A stretch of 63,239 bases of DNA, the filler included, from Octopus bimaculoides (lineage: Eukaryota), in the NCBI RefSeq assembly GCF_001194135.2. It is 5 parts of 5 records of this genome, joined end to end, with 100 filler letters (N's around TTAATTAATTAA, not from the genome) between each part and the next. Parts side by side here need not be neighbours in the genome. Positions count along the whole stretch, not along the records: positions 1 to 15,111 come from NC_069008.1; 4 more parts are not named here. One strand, 5' to 3'. Each line of letters begins with the position of its first letter. Within the stretch, counting starts at the first letter, position 1. The notes beneath the pieces were generated by a model, which saw only the letters and a list, made by a program, of their open reading frames with translations, did no database searches and had not been told where the DNA came from. The position numbers and the translations under genes are program-made. Shown here one piece after another: positions 1 through 10,800 of this stretch.

Positions 1-447
1 CACCACCACCACCGCCACCGCCACCGCCTTCGCCACAACCTTCAGGACGACCACCACCAGCCACTACCTCCCATTCCGCCTCCCTCCCTTCCCCCTCCAA
101 CTGCCGCACCTCCACCTGTCCCAGTATTCGACCTCCTTGTTTACACACTTGATGTCATCCCCCAAAGACCTTCCTGGAGTCAAGTCTTGCTTTGTTTGTA
201 AAAAGTCATGTTGTTCTTGGTTTTTGAACCCTCACTCAAATGCTGGGGGGAAGCAGATATTTAGGGTCAAAACCATTCCAGTTGAGACCAAATTTTCTGT
301 GACCCTTTTACAGACACCTTTTTTCTTTTCAGAAAATTTTTGAGTGTGACTTGAGGGTGATTTGACTGCTATGTTTAACAGCTTGCAAGTCTACATTAAA
401 GCTCCCAGCTTAGCTTATACACACTCACAAATGCTTATGTATATATA

Positions 448-630
448 TATTCTTTTACTCAATCATTTGTCTGTGGCCATGCTGGAGCACTGCCTTAAGG
501 GGTTTTTAGTTGAAGAAATCGACCCCAGGACTTATTCTTTGTAAGTCTAGTACTTATTTTATTGATCTCTTTTGCTGAACTGCTATGTTAAGGGGACATT
601 AACACACCAGCATCGGTTGTCAAGTGATAA
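448..630 (-). mobile_element. SINE family A (CORE-like, tRNA-derived), 3' half
   Basis: Reverse complement of the 3' module of the full copy at 9802-10190 (…GCTCCAGCATGGCCACAG…, CACACCAGCATCGGTTGTCAAG), ending at a (TA)n tract. Confidence 0.85.
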
Positions 631-659
631 TGGTGGGGCAGGGACACAAAGATATACAC

Positions 660-663
<4 letters not shown>

Positions 664-731
<68 letters not shown>
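664..731. repeat. (TA)n microsatellite
   Basis: Direct reading. Confidence 0.95.
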
Positions 732-737
<6 letters not shown>

Positions 738-987
738 CGACGACTGGCACCCATGCCAACGTCGTCTCCTTCATTGGACACGAAACTCAGCTCGCGAAGA
801 CTTATTGGGGCAAGCGAAAGTGAAACCATCAATGGCACCTGTATGTATGTGTGTGTGTAATAAATATGCTGTATGTATATACATATATACCTATATACAT
901 ACATAAAAAAGTTGGGTGACATTTGTGTGAGATATAGCTATTTCTACCACATCTAGCTATCATGCAGACCTCAGCCTGGTTGGTTCA

Positions 988-1044
<57 letters not shown>

Positions 1045-1142
1045 CATCTGTCCATCTATTATTAATCTATCTATCTATCTATCTATCTTATCAGTCTGTC
1101 TCCGTCTATCTATCTAGCTATCCATCTATTTATGTATGTATA

Positions 1143-1335
1143 CTCTTTTACATGTTTCAGTCATTTGACTGTGGCCACGCTGGAGCACCGCATTCAGTCA
1201 AGCAAATCGACCCCAGGACTTATTCTTTAGAAGCCTAGTACTTATTCTATCGGTCTCTTTTGCCAAACCACTAAGTTACGGGGACGTAAACACACCAGCA
1301 TCGGTTGTCAAGCGATGTTGGGGGGGGACAAACAC
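1143..1335 (-). mobile_element. SINE family A, 3' half
   Basis: Same module as 448-630 (TTTCAGTCATTTGACTGTGGCCACGCTGGAGCACC…GGTTGTCAAGCGATG). Confidence 0.85.
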
Positions 1336-2071
1336 AGACACACATATGTATGTATGTATGTATATGTCTTCTGTCTGTCTGTCTGTCTATCTATTTATGT
1401 ATGTATGTATCTATCTGTCTACCTGTCTCTCTGTCTCTGCCTCCCCTATCTCTTTCTTTCTATCTCCATCCCTCTCTCTTTCCCTCCCTCTCCTCTCTCT
1501 CCCTCTCCCCGTTGGTCTTTACTTCTCTCCATTATCTGTATTTCCCTATCTCTCTCTTTCTATCTCCCTTCATCTCTCTCTCTCTCTCCATCTCTCTCTA
1601 TCTCTCTCTTTTCAGTCTCTCTCCACACATACACACACACACGTATACATGTGTATGTGTGTGAGCGTATATGTACATATAGTTTCTGAGTTTCCATGCA
1701 TGTTCCTTGTGTGTCAATGTCCAAACGCACATTGCCTCGTACATGGTTTCAATATGCAGTCACATGTGTTTTGTGCAGGAATTTGTGCACTTGTGCACAA
1801 GCATACATGTGGGATTAAGCCTTTTGGAATATGCACATCTGTGTTTACATGCATGCCTGAATAAGTGCATGTGTGTTTATATGTATATCAGATTACATGT
1901 GAGTTATAACCAGCAACAACAGCAAGCCAGTGCACAGAAGGCCTCTACATGGTAGCGAGGTCTGTTAAACATCGCAGTCAAATCTTCCTCAAATCACACC
2001 CTACTACCTTATGCTTGTGTATGTAAGTATGTATGTATGTGTATATATGTACGTATATATATATGTATGTG

Positions 2072-2115
<44 letters not shown>

Positions 2116-2730
2116 NNNNNNNNNNNNNNNNNNNNNNNNNNNNNNNNNNNNNNNNNNNNNNNNNNNNNNNNNNNNNNNNNNNNNNNNNNNNNNNNNNNNN
2201 NNNNNNNNNNNNNNNNNNNNNNNNNNNNNNNNNNNNNNNNNNNNNNNNNNNNNNNNNNNNNNNNNNNNNNNNNNNNNNNNNNNNNNNNNNNNNNNNNNNN
2301 NNNNNNNNNNNNNNNNNNNNNNNNNNNNNNNNNNNNNNNNNNNNNNNNNNNNNNNNNNNNNNNNNNNNNNNNNNNNNNNNNNNNNNNNNNNNNNNNNNNN
2401 NNNNNNNNNNNNNNNNNNNNNNNNNNNNNNNNNNNNNNNNNNNNNNNNNNNNNNNNNNNNNNNNNNNNNNNNNNNNNNNNNNNNNNNNNNNNNNNNNNNN
2501 NNNNNNNNNNNNNNNNNNNNNNNNNNNNNNNNNNNNNNNNNNNNNNNNNNNNNNNNNNNNNNNNNNNNNNNNNNNNNNNNNNNNNNNNNNNNNNNNNNNN
2601 NNNNNNNNNNNNNNNNNNNNNNNNNNNNNNNNNNNNNNNNNNNNNNNNNNNNNNNNNNNNNNNNNNNNNNNNNNNNNNNNNNNNNNNNNNNNNNNNNNNN
2701 NNNNNNNNNNNNNNNNNNNNNNNNNNNNNN

Positions 2731-2869
2731 TTCCGTCTACTAAATCCACTCACAAGGCTTTGGTCGACCCGAGGCTATAGTAGAAGACACTTGCCCAAGG
2801 TACCACGCAGTGGGACTGAACCTGGAACCATGTGGTTGGGAAGCAAGCTACTTACCACACAGCCACACC
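2731..2869 (-). mobile_element. SINE family A, 5' half (left arm of inverted pair)
   Basis: Reverse complement of GGTGTGGCTGTGTGGTAAG…GGTTCAGTCCCACTGC…CCTTGGGCAAGTG (tRNA-like head plus CORE-like CCTTGGGCAAGT). Confidence 0.9.
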
Positions 2870-2902
2870 ACGTGTGCACAGGCATGGCTGTGTGGAGACG
2901 CA

Positions 2903-3060
2903 GGTGTGGCTGTGTGATAAGAAGCTTGCTTCCCAACCACATGGTTCCAGGTTCAGTCCCACTGCATGGCACCTTGGGCAAGTGTCTTCTACTATAGCCT
3001 CAGGCCAACCAAAGCCTTGTGAGTGGATTTGGTAGATGGAAACTGAAAGAAGCCCTTTGT
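2903..3060 (+). mobile_element. SINE family A, 5' half (right arm of inverted pair)
   Basis: GGTGTGGCTGTGTGATAAG…GGTTCAGTCCCACTGCATGGCACCTTGGGCAAGTG…GGAAACTGAAAGAAGCCC. Confidence 0.9.
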
Positions 3061-3354
3061 ATATGTGTGTGTATATATATATATATATATATTTGGGTGA
3101 GAATATTCTAGAATAGCCTTCGGCTGACCAAAGCCTTGTGGGTGGATTTGGTAGATGGAAACTTAAAGAAGCCTGTCGTATGTGTGTGTGTGTGTGTGTG
3201 TGTATGTGTGTGTGTGTGTAAGTGTGAGTGTGTATTTATATATGTGTGTCATTTTGACTGTGTTTGTTCTCCTTCCATTGCTTGACAACCAATGTTGGTG
3301 TGTTTACATCCCTGTACTCTTGCAGTTCAGCAAAAATGACTGATAGAATAAATA

Positions 3355-3515
3355 CCTCCGCCGAGGTCGACTTCGCCTTTCATCATTTCGGGGGTCGATA
3401 AATTAAGTACCAGTTGTGCACTGGGGTCGATGTAATCGACTTAATCCCTTTGTCTGTCCTTGTTTGTTCCCTCTATGTTTAGCCTCCTGTGGGCAGTAAA
3501 GAAATAAGAATAATT
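3355..3515 (+). mobile_element. SINE family B, partial
   Basis: CCGCCGAGGTCGACTTCGCCTTTCATC…GGGGTCGATAAATTAAGTACCAG, same as the full copy at 46324. Confidence 0.85.
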
Positions 3516-4994
3516 ACCAGGATTACAAAGAGTAAGTCTTGGCATTGCTCCAGCATGGCCTCAGTCAAATAACTGAAACAAGTAAAAGAATAAAAGCATG
3601 TGTGTGTGTGTGTGTGTGTGTGTGTACATACAGCAATGTGCACACAGAAGCACACACAATAAATGTCCTGTTCTGTCATCAAGTCTGGTTATCCTTCACA
3701 TAGTTTCCCCACCTGACCCCCCCTGTCTNNNNNNNNNNNNNNNNNNNNNNNNNNNNNNNNNNNNNNNNNNNNNNNNNNNNNNNNNNNNNNNNNNNNNNNN
3801 NNNNNNNNNNNNNNNNNNNNNNNNNNNNNNNNNNNNNNNNNNNNNNNNNNNNNNNNNNNNNNNNNNNNNNNNNNNNNNNNNNNNNNNNNNNNNNNNNNNN
3901 NNNNNGAGGACACTGGAATGTCAGGGGTGGAGGGTTTGAATCTCTGAGGATTAAAATTTGTTTTTTTTTTGTTTTTTCCCCCTATCTTCTGGTCTGGTTT
4001 GGTCTGGTCTGGTTTTCACCAACTCAGTGTGGGTTAGGGTTAAGAAATGGGTCTTGTTTGATTCTGATGAGAATTTGATATGTATGTACATCATTACCAT
4101 CATCATCATCACTACCACCACCGCCATCACCATCACCATCACCACAACCACCTCCTCCTCCTCACCATCACCACCACCGTCATCATCATCACCACCAAAA
4201 CCTCGTCCTCTTCCCCTCTACCCCCAACCCCACCACAATCCCACCCTGCCCCTCATCATCCTCTTCACCATTTTCACCTTTTCCCACTGATCATTCCTCC
4301 CCCTCTCTCGCTGTCTTTCCATAGTGTCCCTAAATATGACCCTAACTTGACCTCCACATATCCAATCATATCTCCCCTCCTCACCACCACCTTGTATCCC
4401 TTGACAGCTAGAATATCTCATGTTTTGTTTTGATTTTCCTTTTTGTGTGTGTTTTAGACTCCTTCCTTCATCACTTGGTAGTAATAGCAGAGTAGAGACA
4501 AATATGGAACTGGCAGAAATAGCAGTTAAATCTCCAAATTACACTCTATTGTCGAAGCTTTTCTGTTTGGCTCCACCTGTGGAAATTTTAAAGTTTTGTG
4601 GAAATTTTAAAGTTTAGTGGAAATTTAAAAATTTGGTGCAACTGCTTTTGTTCCAGCACACGATCTCAGATCAGGTCACTTGCTATGCAAGTACATCTCC
4701 GGAATCAGGAAGAGGGTGTACAGTTGGATATTTGCTTATTATTTGCTACAATTGTTTCAACACAGTGTAATTCTCTAAGAATACAAGCATTTAATTATGC
4801 AACTGTTTGTATGCATAATGAGATCTAGTTGTGTTTCCTCAGGCGATATATAAGTGTTGTCTCCATTAGTTTAAAATCTTCAACTTCAAGGCCATCCTCT
4901 CAGTTTGTAGCAGTTTGAATTTAGTTGTGGCTGAAATCCTCATGGTGCAAGATGTGAGAGCACGTTTATCTGACCAATGCTTGTTGGACAAACG

Positions 4995-6039
4995 TGCTCT
5001 CGCATAGCATTTGAAAGAGATCAAAAGAGGTGGAAATCTGTTGGTGCCAAATCAGGAGAGTATGGCAGGTGTGGTAGCACTTCCCAGCCATGCGTTTGAA
5101 TGGCTTCCTTGGTCATATTAGCGATATGAGGGCGGGCGTTGTCGTGCAGCAGAAGAACTCCATGCTGCCGATTAGGTCTTTTCTCTTGAATAGCCGTGTT
5201 GAGTCGTTCCATCTGTTGAACGTTCCGCGTTGACCGTTTGGTTTCATTCAAGCAATTCGTAATAGATNNNNNNNNNNNNNNNNNNNNNNNNNNNNNNNNN
5301 NNNNNNNNNNNNNNNNNNNNNNNNNNNNNNNNNNNNNNNNNNNNNNNNNNNNNNNNNNNNNNNNNNNNNNNNNNNNNNNNNNNNNNNNNNNNNNNNNNNN
5401 NNNNNNNNNNNNNNNNNNNNNNNNNNNNNNNNNNNNNNNNNNNNNNNNNNNNNNNNNNNNNNNNNNNNNNNNNNNNNNNNNNNNNNNNNNNNNNNNNNNN
5501 NNNNNNNNNNNNNNNNNNNNNNNNNNNNNNNNNNNNNNNNNNNNNNNNNNNNNNNNNNNNNNNNNNNNNNNNNNNNNNNNNNNNNNNNNNNNNNNNNNNN
5601 NNNNNNNNNNNNNNNNNNNNNNNNNNNNNNNNNNNNNNNNNNNNNNNNNNNNNNNNNNNNNNNNCAGTTCCCTTGTCGTTTGATGAGAATTTTCATACAA
5701 AGTTTGGTTTAATCGCTCTTCATCGAACTCAACTAAACAGCCAGAACGAGGTGCGTCTTTGAGGTCAAAATTTCCATTTTTAAACCTGGCATACCAATCT
5801 TGAGCGGTTCTTTCAGCTATGGCACCCTCTCCATACACAGCACAAATGTTGCAGCTTTTGCGGCCTTAGAACCTTGATTAAAAGCAAAAAGAAGGACGTG
5901 TCGAAAATGCTCGTTTTTCTTAACTTGACATTCGATTTTAATGATCTGAAAATAAGCAAAAATTAACTAAAATTAACCAGGAAAAAAAAAAGATTCCAAA
6001 ATTTAAAAAAACAGTGGGAACTTAGTTGCCAACCCAGTA
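4995..6039 (-). mobile_element. Mariner (Tc1/mariner) transposon remnant, 3' truncated, gap inside
   Basis: Translations WYARFKNGNFDLKDAPRSG (HTH region), LLHDNARPH and HLPYSPDLAPTDFHLF (YSPDLAP motif). 5' TIR-like TA|CTGGGTTGGCAACTAAGTTCC at about 6017-6039. Confidence 0.9.
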
Positions 6040-6040
6040 T

Positions 6041-6340
6041 ATACTCTGGGAATGCATTAAAGCCCTTTTTAAGGTTACTTTATTTGAATTCTTATTATCG
6101 GGTAACTAATTTCATGTTATTACATGACTGACTTCACAATTTGGGTATTCATAACTTATTGGGAATTCCTGAAAGCAAGATCCTTTGTAAGACAGTTTGG
6201 TATTCTCTGTAAATGCACAAAAACCGTTTTAAGGGCTATACACTTTGTATTGCTATTATTGGCTTAGCAAAACAATTATGAGAATGGAACCAAGGGATAA
6301 GCCCTGCTTTTCCGGAAATTACCCGGGTACATCAGCTAGT
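6041..6340 (+). mobile_element. Probable Helitron 3' end (non-autonomous)
   Basis: Subterminal hairpin CCGGAAATTACCCGG(G) followed 8 nt later by CTAG|T at 6336-6340, the canonical Helitron 3' signature. Confidence 0.5.
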
Positions 6341-6344
6341 ATTC

Positions 6345-6670
6345 ATATAAAAAAAGAAAAAGAAACTGGAGATTGGGAAGATAATACTTGCTTATTATTG
6401 ACAGCAAATTAATCATCTTCACTTACAGCTGTTTCAATTAATTCTCAGTGAATATTAAGTAAATATTAAATCCATAAACACATACAAAATATCCAAGAGT
6501 ATATCTTTTTCCCTCTGAAGATATTATGCTCAGGTCATATAAATTTAACATTTACTTAATATTTACTGCTTATTAATTGAAACAGCTGTAAGGGATGATG
6601 ATTAATTTGCTGTTAATAATAAACAATTATTAACTTACCAATCTCTATTTTCTTTTTCTTCTTTTATACA
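6345..6670. mobile_element. MITE-like element with long imperfect terminal inverted repeats
   Basis: GAGATTGG…CAGCAAATTAATCATC…TTACAGCTGTTTCAATTAAT is mirrored by ATTAATTGAAACAGCTGTAA…GATGATTAATTTGCTG…CCAATCTC. A second partial copy lies at about 38680-38940. Confidence 0.75.
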
Positions 6671-7055
6671 AATATAAACTATATGTCTTTATATATAAAC
6701 CTATTATTTTAAGGAAATTAATTCCNNNNNNNNNNNNNNNNNNNNNNNNNNNNNNNNNNNNNNNNNNNNNNNNNNNNNNNNNNNNNNNNNNNNNNNNNNN
6801 NNNNNNNNNNNNNNNNNNNNNNNNNNNNNNNNNNNNNNNNNNNNNNNNNNNNNNNNNNNNNNNNNNNNNNNNNNNNNNNNNNNNNNNNNNNNNNNNNNNN
6901 NNNNNNNNNNNNNNNNNNNNNNNNNNNNNNNNNNNNNNNNNNNNNNNNNNNNNNNNNNNNNNNNNNNNNNNNNNNNNNNNNNNNNNNNNNNNNNNNNNNN
7001 NNNNNNNNNNNNNNNNNNNNNNNNNNNNNNNNNNNNNNNNNNNNNGACATTAAAC

Positions 7056-7122
<67 letters not shown>

Positions 7123-7130
7123 GTGATGAT
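7056..7130. repeat. (GAT)n microsatellite
   Basis: Direct reading. Confidence 0.95.
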
Positions 7131-7769
7131 GTAGTTGATGGAAAATTTTCCGCGATGAAATTGGGTGATGATGTAAATTAGGGAACCCCTCAGACTATAT
7201 TATTTACATCCATGTTAACCATCCAGGCTGTTGAAGAATGTTTCACCATACATTCAATTCTGGTGATTACTGGTTTATCAATGAAAGACAATGTATGACC
7301 CAGATATTCACCCCACCGACCACAACCCACCACCACCATCCTGTACCCACTTACACTGTGTCAAAAGGTAAAGCTTGGTCCATTGATCTGATAAAAAAAA
7401 ATCTTTCTTTTTTTTCATTCATAAAAATTAATGAGGTCAAATGATTTTGGATTAATTGTTTGATAATGAGGTTAACTGATTGGCCTGATTTGGTGCATCA
7501 CACTAGAACAACAACAACAACAACAACAACAAGAGATGGAGGGGTGGAAGAGGAGGAAGAAGAAGAAGAAGAAGAGGAGGAGGAGGGGGGATTCCTATCC
7601 CCTATAGGCACAAGGCCTGAAAAGTATTTGACAGTTACTTAATTTCATTGACCCAGAAATGATGAAAGTCAAAATCGACATTGGTGGAATTTGAACTCAG
7701 AATGTCAAGTCGGAAGAATTGGCACTAAACATTTTGTATAGTGGGAATAATAATAATAATAATTGATTC

Positions 7770-7990
7770 TGGTTTTATTGGCCACAAGGGCTAATATAAA
7801 TTAAGAACATGTAAGGACAAAGACAGGACGAAGGGTACAAAAGGTTTTGTCTGAAAAGAAAACGTTCGTGTAAACAGTGAGGAAAACAGAAAAAGATATA
7901 ACAAATAAAACTCCCAATAGGGGGGGGGGGGCGCTTCGAAAGGTTACACGTGGAAAAAGCCATAAAAGCCATGGGAGCCTGGTCAGAAAA
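7770..7990 (-). mobile_element. L1/Tx1-like LINE 3' UTR remnant
   Basis: Reverse complement resembles the 3' tail at 57700-57860 (…CCCTTGTGGCCAATAAA + AT-rich tail). Confidence 0.4.
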
Positions 7991-8149
7991 TAAGAAAGGG
8001 GTATAGAGCCCTTTCTCCTTTTACATTACCTTTTTTTTTTCTTTTTTTTTTTCTACAGGTGTATTCTCAGAATTGGTCCGTTCATACTGGCCATTCTTCC
8101 AACAGTCACCCATCTCATAGCAAAGAAAAGAATTCAACAAAGAAGCTCA

Positions 8150-8510
8150 GCGGGAAGAGAGAGAAGAAGAAAGAATGGCTGAGATTGAAGAAAGAAAATA
8201 GAGCAATATTACAACGCAGGAACTTATTCAAGTCCTGTCCAAAGCTCATAAGTGGAAGTCTCCTGGACATGATAAAACCCAAAACTTCTGGCTTAATAGC
8301 CTCTCATCATCACACCGTCAGTCAGTGGAATGTTTCTCTAACATTATCAGAAACCCTGAAAAAACTCCAAGCTGGCTACCATTGGGGGGGTAACACACCT
8401 ATTCCCTAAAATTAGTGACACAAAAAACCCCAAAAACTACAGGCCTATGACTTATTTGACCACCATATACAAAACACTTACAGCCATCCTCACCGAAAAG
8501 AATGTACCAA
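8150..8510 (+). mobile_element. R4/Dong-type non-LTR retrotransposon RT fragment (frameshifted)
   Basis: ITTQELIQVLSKAHKWKSPGHDKTQNFWLNSL…TPSWLPLG, then frameshift, then VTHLFPKISDTKNPKNYRPMTYLTTIYKTLT. This matches the WKxPGxD..NFWLK and NYRPI motifs of RLE-clade RTs. Confidence 0.8.
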
Positions 8511-8710
8511 TTTCTCAATCAAAACATCATTCCTCTCGAACAGAAAGGGTACTGAAGAAGCTCTTATACTGAGCCGAACTCCCAGAATAGATTTGCAGCT
8601 ATAAACTCCTTGGCAGTATCAGTTGCCACTTAATGTGATCAATTGGAATCTGAGTGAAATCCAGTATAGTTAGCTAGTTAGACAGATAGATAGATTGACA
8701 TACAGATTTT

Positions 8711-9093
8711 TTGTTGTTGGCACTCCGTCGCTTATGACGTCGAGGGTTCCAGTTGATCCGATCAACGGAACAGCCTGCTCATGAAGTTAACGTGCAAGTG
8801 GCTGAGCACTCCACAGACATGTGTACCCTTAACGTAGTTCTCGGGGGGATATTTAGCGTGACACAGTGTGACAAGGCTGACCCTTTGAATTACAGGTACA
8901 ACAGAAACAGGAAGAGTGAGAGAAAGTTGTAGTGAAAGAGTACAGCAGGGTTCGCCACCATCCCCTACCGGAGCCTCGTGGAGCTTTATGTGTTTTCACT
9001 CAATAAACACTCACAACGCCCGGTCTGGGAATCGAAACCGCGATCCTATGACCGTGAGTCCGTTGCCCTAACCACTGGGCCATTGCGCCTCCA
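8711..9093 (-). mobile_element. SINE family C, full-length tRNA-derived copy
   Basis: Minus strand starts TGGAGGCGCAATGGCCCAGTGGTTAGG (A box) …GGTTTCGATTCCC (B box) and ends GATCAACTGGAACCCTCGACGTC…CAACAAC. Confidence 0.85.
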
Positions 9094-9134
9094 AGGACAT
9101 ACAGATAGATAGATAAATAAATTTTAAAAAACTG

Positions 9135-9445
9135 ACACTCCATTGATTATCACACTAAGGATTCCAGTTGATCTGAGCAATAGAACAGCCAGCTCATGGA
9201 ATTAATGAGCAACTGGCTGAGCACTCCACAGACATGCATACCGTTAATGTCGTTCACGGGGAGATTCAGCATGACACAGAATGTAACACAACTGGCTCTT
9301 TGAAATACAGGTAGTTCTTATTTTTACCAGTTGAGTGGACTGGAGTGAAGTGAAATAAAGTGTCTTGCCCAAGGACCAAAATACTCTGCTAAGAATCGAA
9401 CTTAAGACCTTACAATCATGAGTTGAATACCCTAACCACTAAGTG
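9135..9445 (-). mobile_element. SINE family C, diverged copy
   Basis: Shares TTCCAGTTGATC…GGCTGAGCACTCCACAGAC with 8711-9093; degenerate tRNA head near 9390-9445. Confidence 0.75.
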
Positions 9446-9801
9446 GTATACCTTAACTCCAACTGGTTAGTTCTGCATTTGTTGTTACTCTTCTATGCAC
9501 CATGGGACCTTCAGTAGGTGGGATGGTAAATGAGGTCACCATAGAAAAGATATATGTACGTCATCGGGTCACAGTGATAAACGTTTTGTACAGCATGAGT
9601 AATCACTCTCTGAGTCACTGCAATTAGTGGCTAATTAGTAGCTAATGACATGAGATGACCAATAATCACATGAAAATGCAGGGGTTACATCAGAGTGTCC
9701 CTCTGAGACAACAGCTAGGGTCCTCTCACTTCCAATAGTTTTACTGCAAGCCCTGATACCAACCAAGGGTCACACACACACAATCTTTTATGTATTGAAT
9801 A

Positions 9802-10190
9802 TGTGGCTGTGTGGTAAGAAACTTGCTTCCCAACCACAAGGTTCTGGGTTCAGTCCCACTGCATGGCATTTTGGGCCAGTGTCTTTTGTTATAGCCTTGG
9901 GCCGACCAAAGCCTTGTGAGTGGATTTGGTAGACGGAAACTGAAAGAAGCCCATCGTATATATATATATATATATGTTTATGTGTGTGTGTGTTTGTCCC
10001 CCCAACATCACTTGACAACCAATGCTGGTGTGTTTACGTCCCCCGTAACTTAGCGGTTCAGCAAAAAGAGACCAATAGAATAAGTACTAGGTTTACAAAG
10101 AATAAGTCCTGGGGTCGATTTGCTCAATTAAAGGCAGTGCTCCAGCATGGCCACAGTCAAATGACTGAAACAAGTAAAAGAGTAAAAGAG
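9802..10190 (+). mobile_element. SINE family A, full-length copy with internal (TA)n(TG)n microsatellite
   Basis: tRNA-like head, CORE-like segment, microsatellite at about 9958-9992, 3' module and tail GAAACAAGTAAAAGAGTAAAAGAG. Confidence 0.9.
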
Positions 10191-10439
10191 GGACATTTTT
10201 ATGTTTCGGGTTCTGTTTGCGACTGTTTAATCAAGCCACGTACAAAAGAAGCCTTCGAACTGTCTGAATTTTAAAGAGGCTGTATTGTGGGTCATTTTGA
10301 AGGGGGACTTAGCATAAAGTTGCACAAAACCTCTCAACCCTGCTTTCTACAGTTAATAGGGAGTCCACGTCACCTTGCCCAGGGCGACCAGGGCCCTCTG
10401 ACAGGACCTTTTGCTTTGTTAAGTGAAATGTGGAGGACA

Positions 10440-10800
10440 ATGCTCGTTGCAAGGCCTCTCACATAGCAGAACGGCTGTCAGGTATCTCCCTAAACTTGGC
10501 TACTATGGCAGAACAGCAAGAATGAAGCCACTTCTTCAACCAACCAATATCACATTGAGAAAAGATTGGGCCAGTGAAATGATGGAGTGGCCACTAGCAT
10601 TTTGGGATACTATCATATTCATAGTATATGCATATAGGCCTGGTTGTGTGATAAAAAGCCGTCAGGGGCAGCATATCTGCAAGGGGGGAGGTAGATTGAT
10701 GAAAGAGTTTAAAAATGACTATTGATTAATATTGAAATTTTGTTAACTGTATTTTGAAAAGAACAATGTTTTCGAGGGGTTATCAGTCGGTGGGCGCTGT
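10440..10800 (+). mobile_element. Tc1-like transposon remnant
   Basis: RTAVRYLPKLGYYGRTARMKPLLQPTNITLRKDWASEMMEWPLAFWDTIIF matches the Tc1 second HTH / KPLL…W..VIFSDE region. Confidence 0.7.

Noticed and set aside
8030-8060. Strong polypyrimidine-CAG acceptor before ORF 8059-8409
   Set aside because: The downstream sequence is a frameshifted R4/Dong RT fragment, and the listed ORF is not the RT frame for most of its length.
8711-9093. tRNA-like heads (A/B boxes) here and in other SINEs
   Set aside because: There is no complete cloverleaf or acceptor stem, and the heads are embedded in repeated SINE bodies. They are not tRNA genes.
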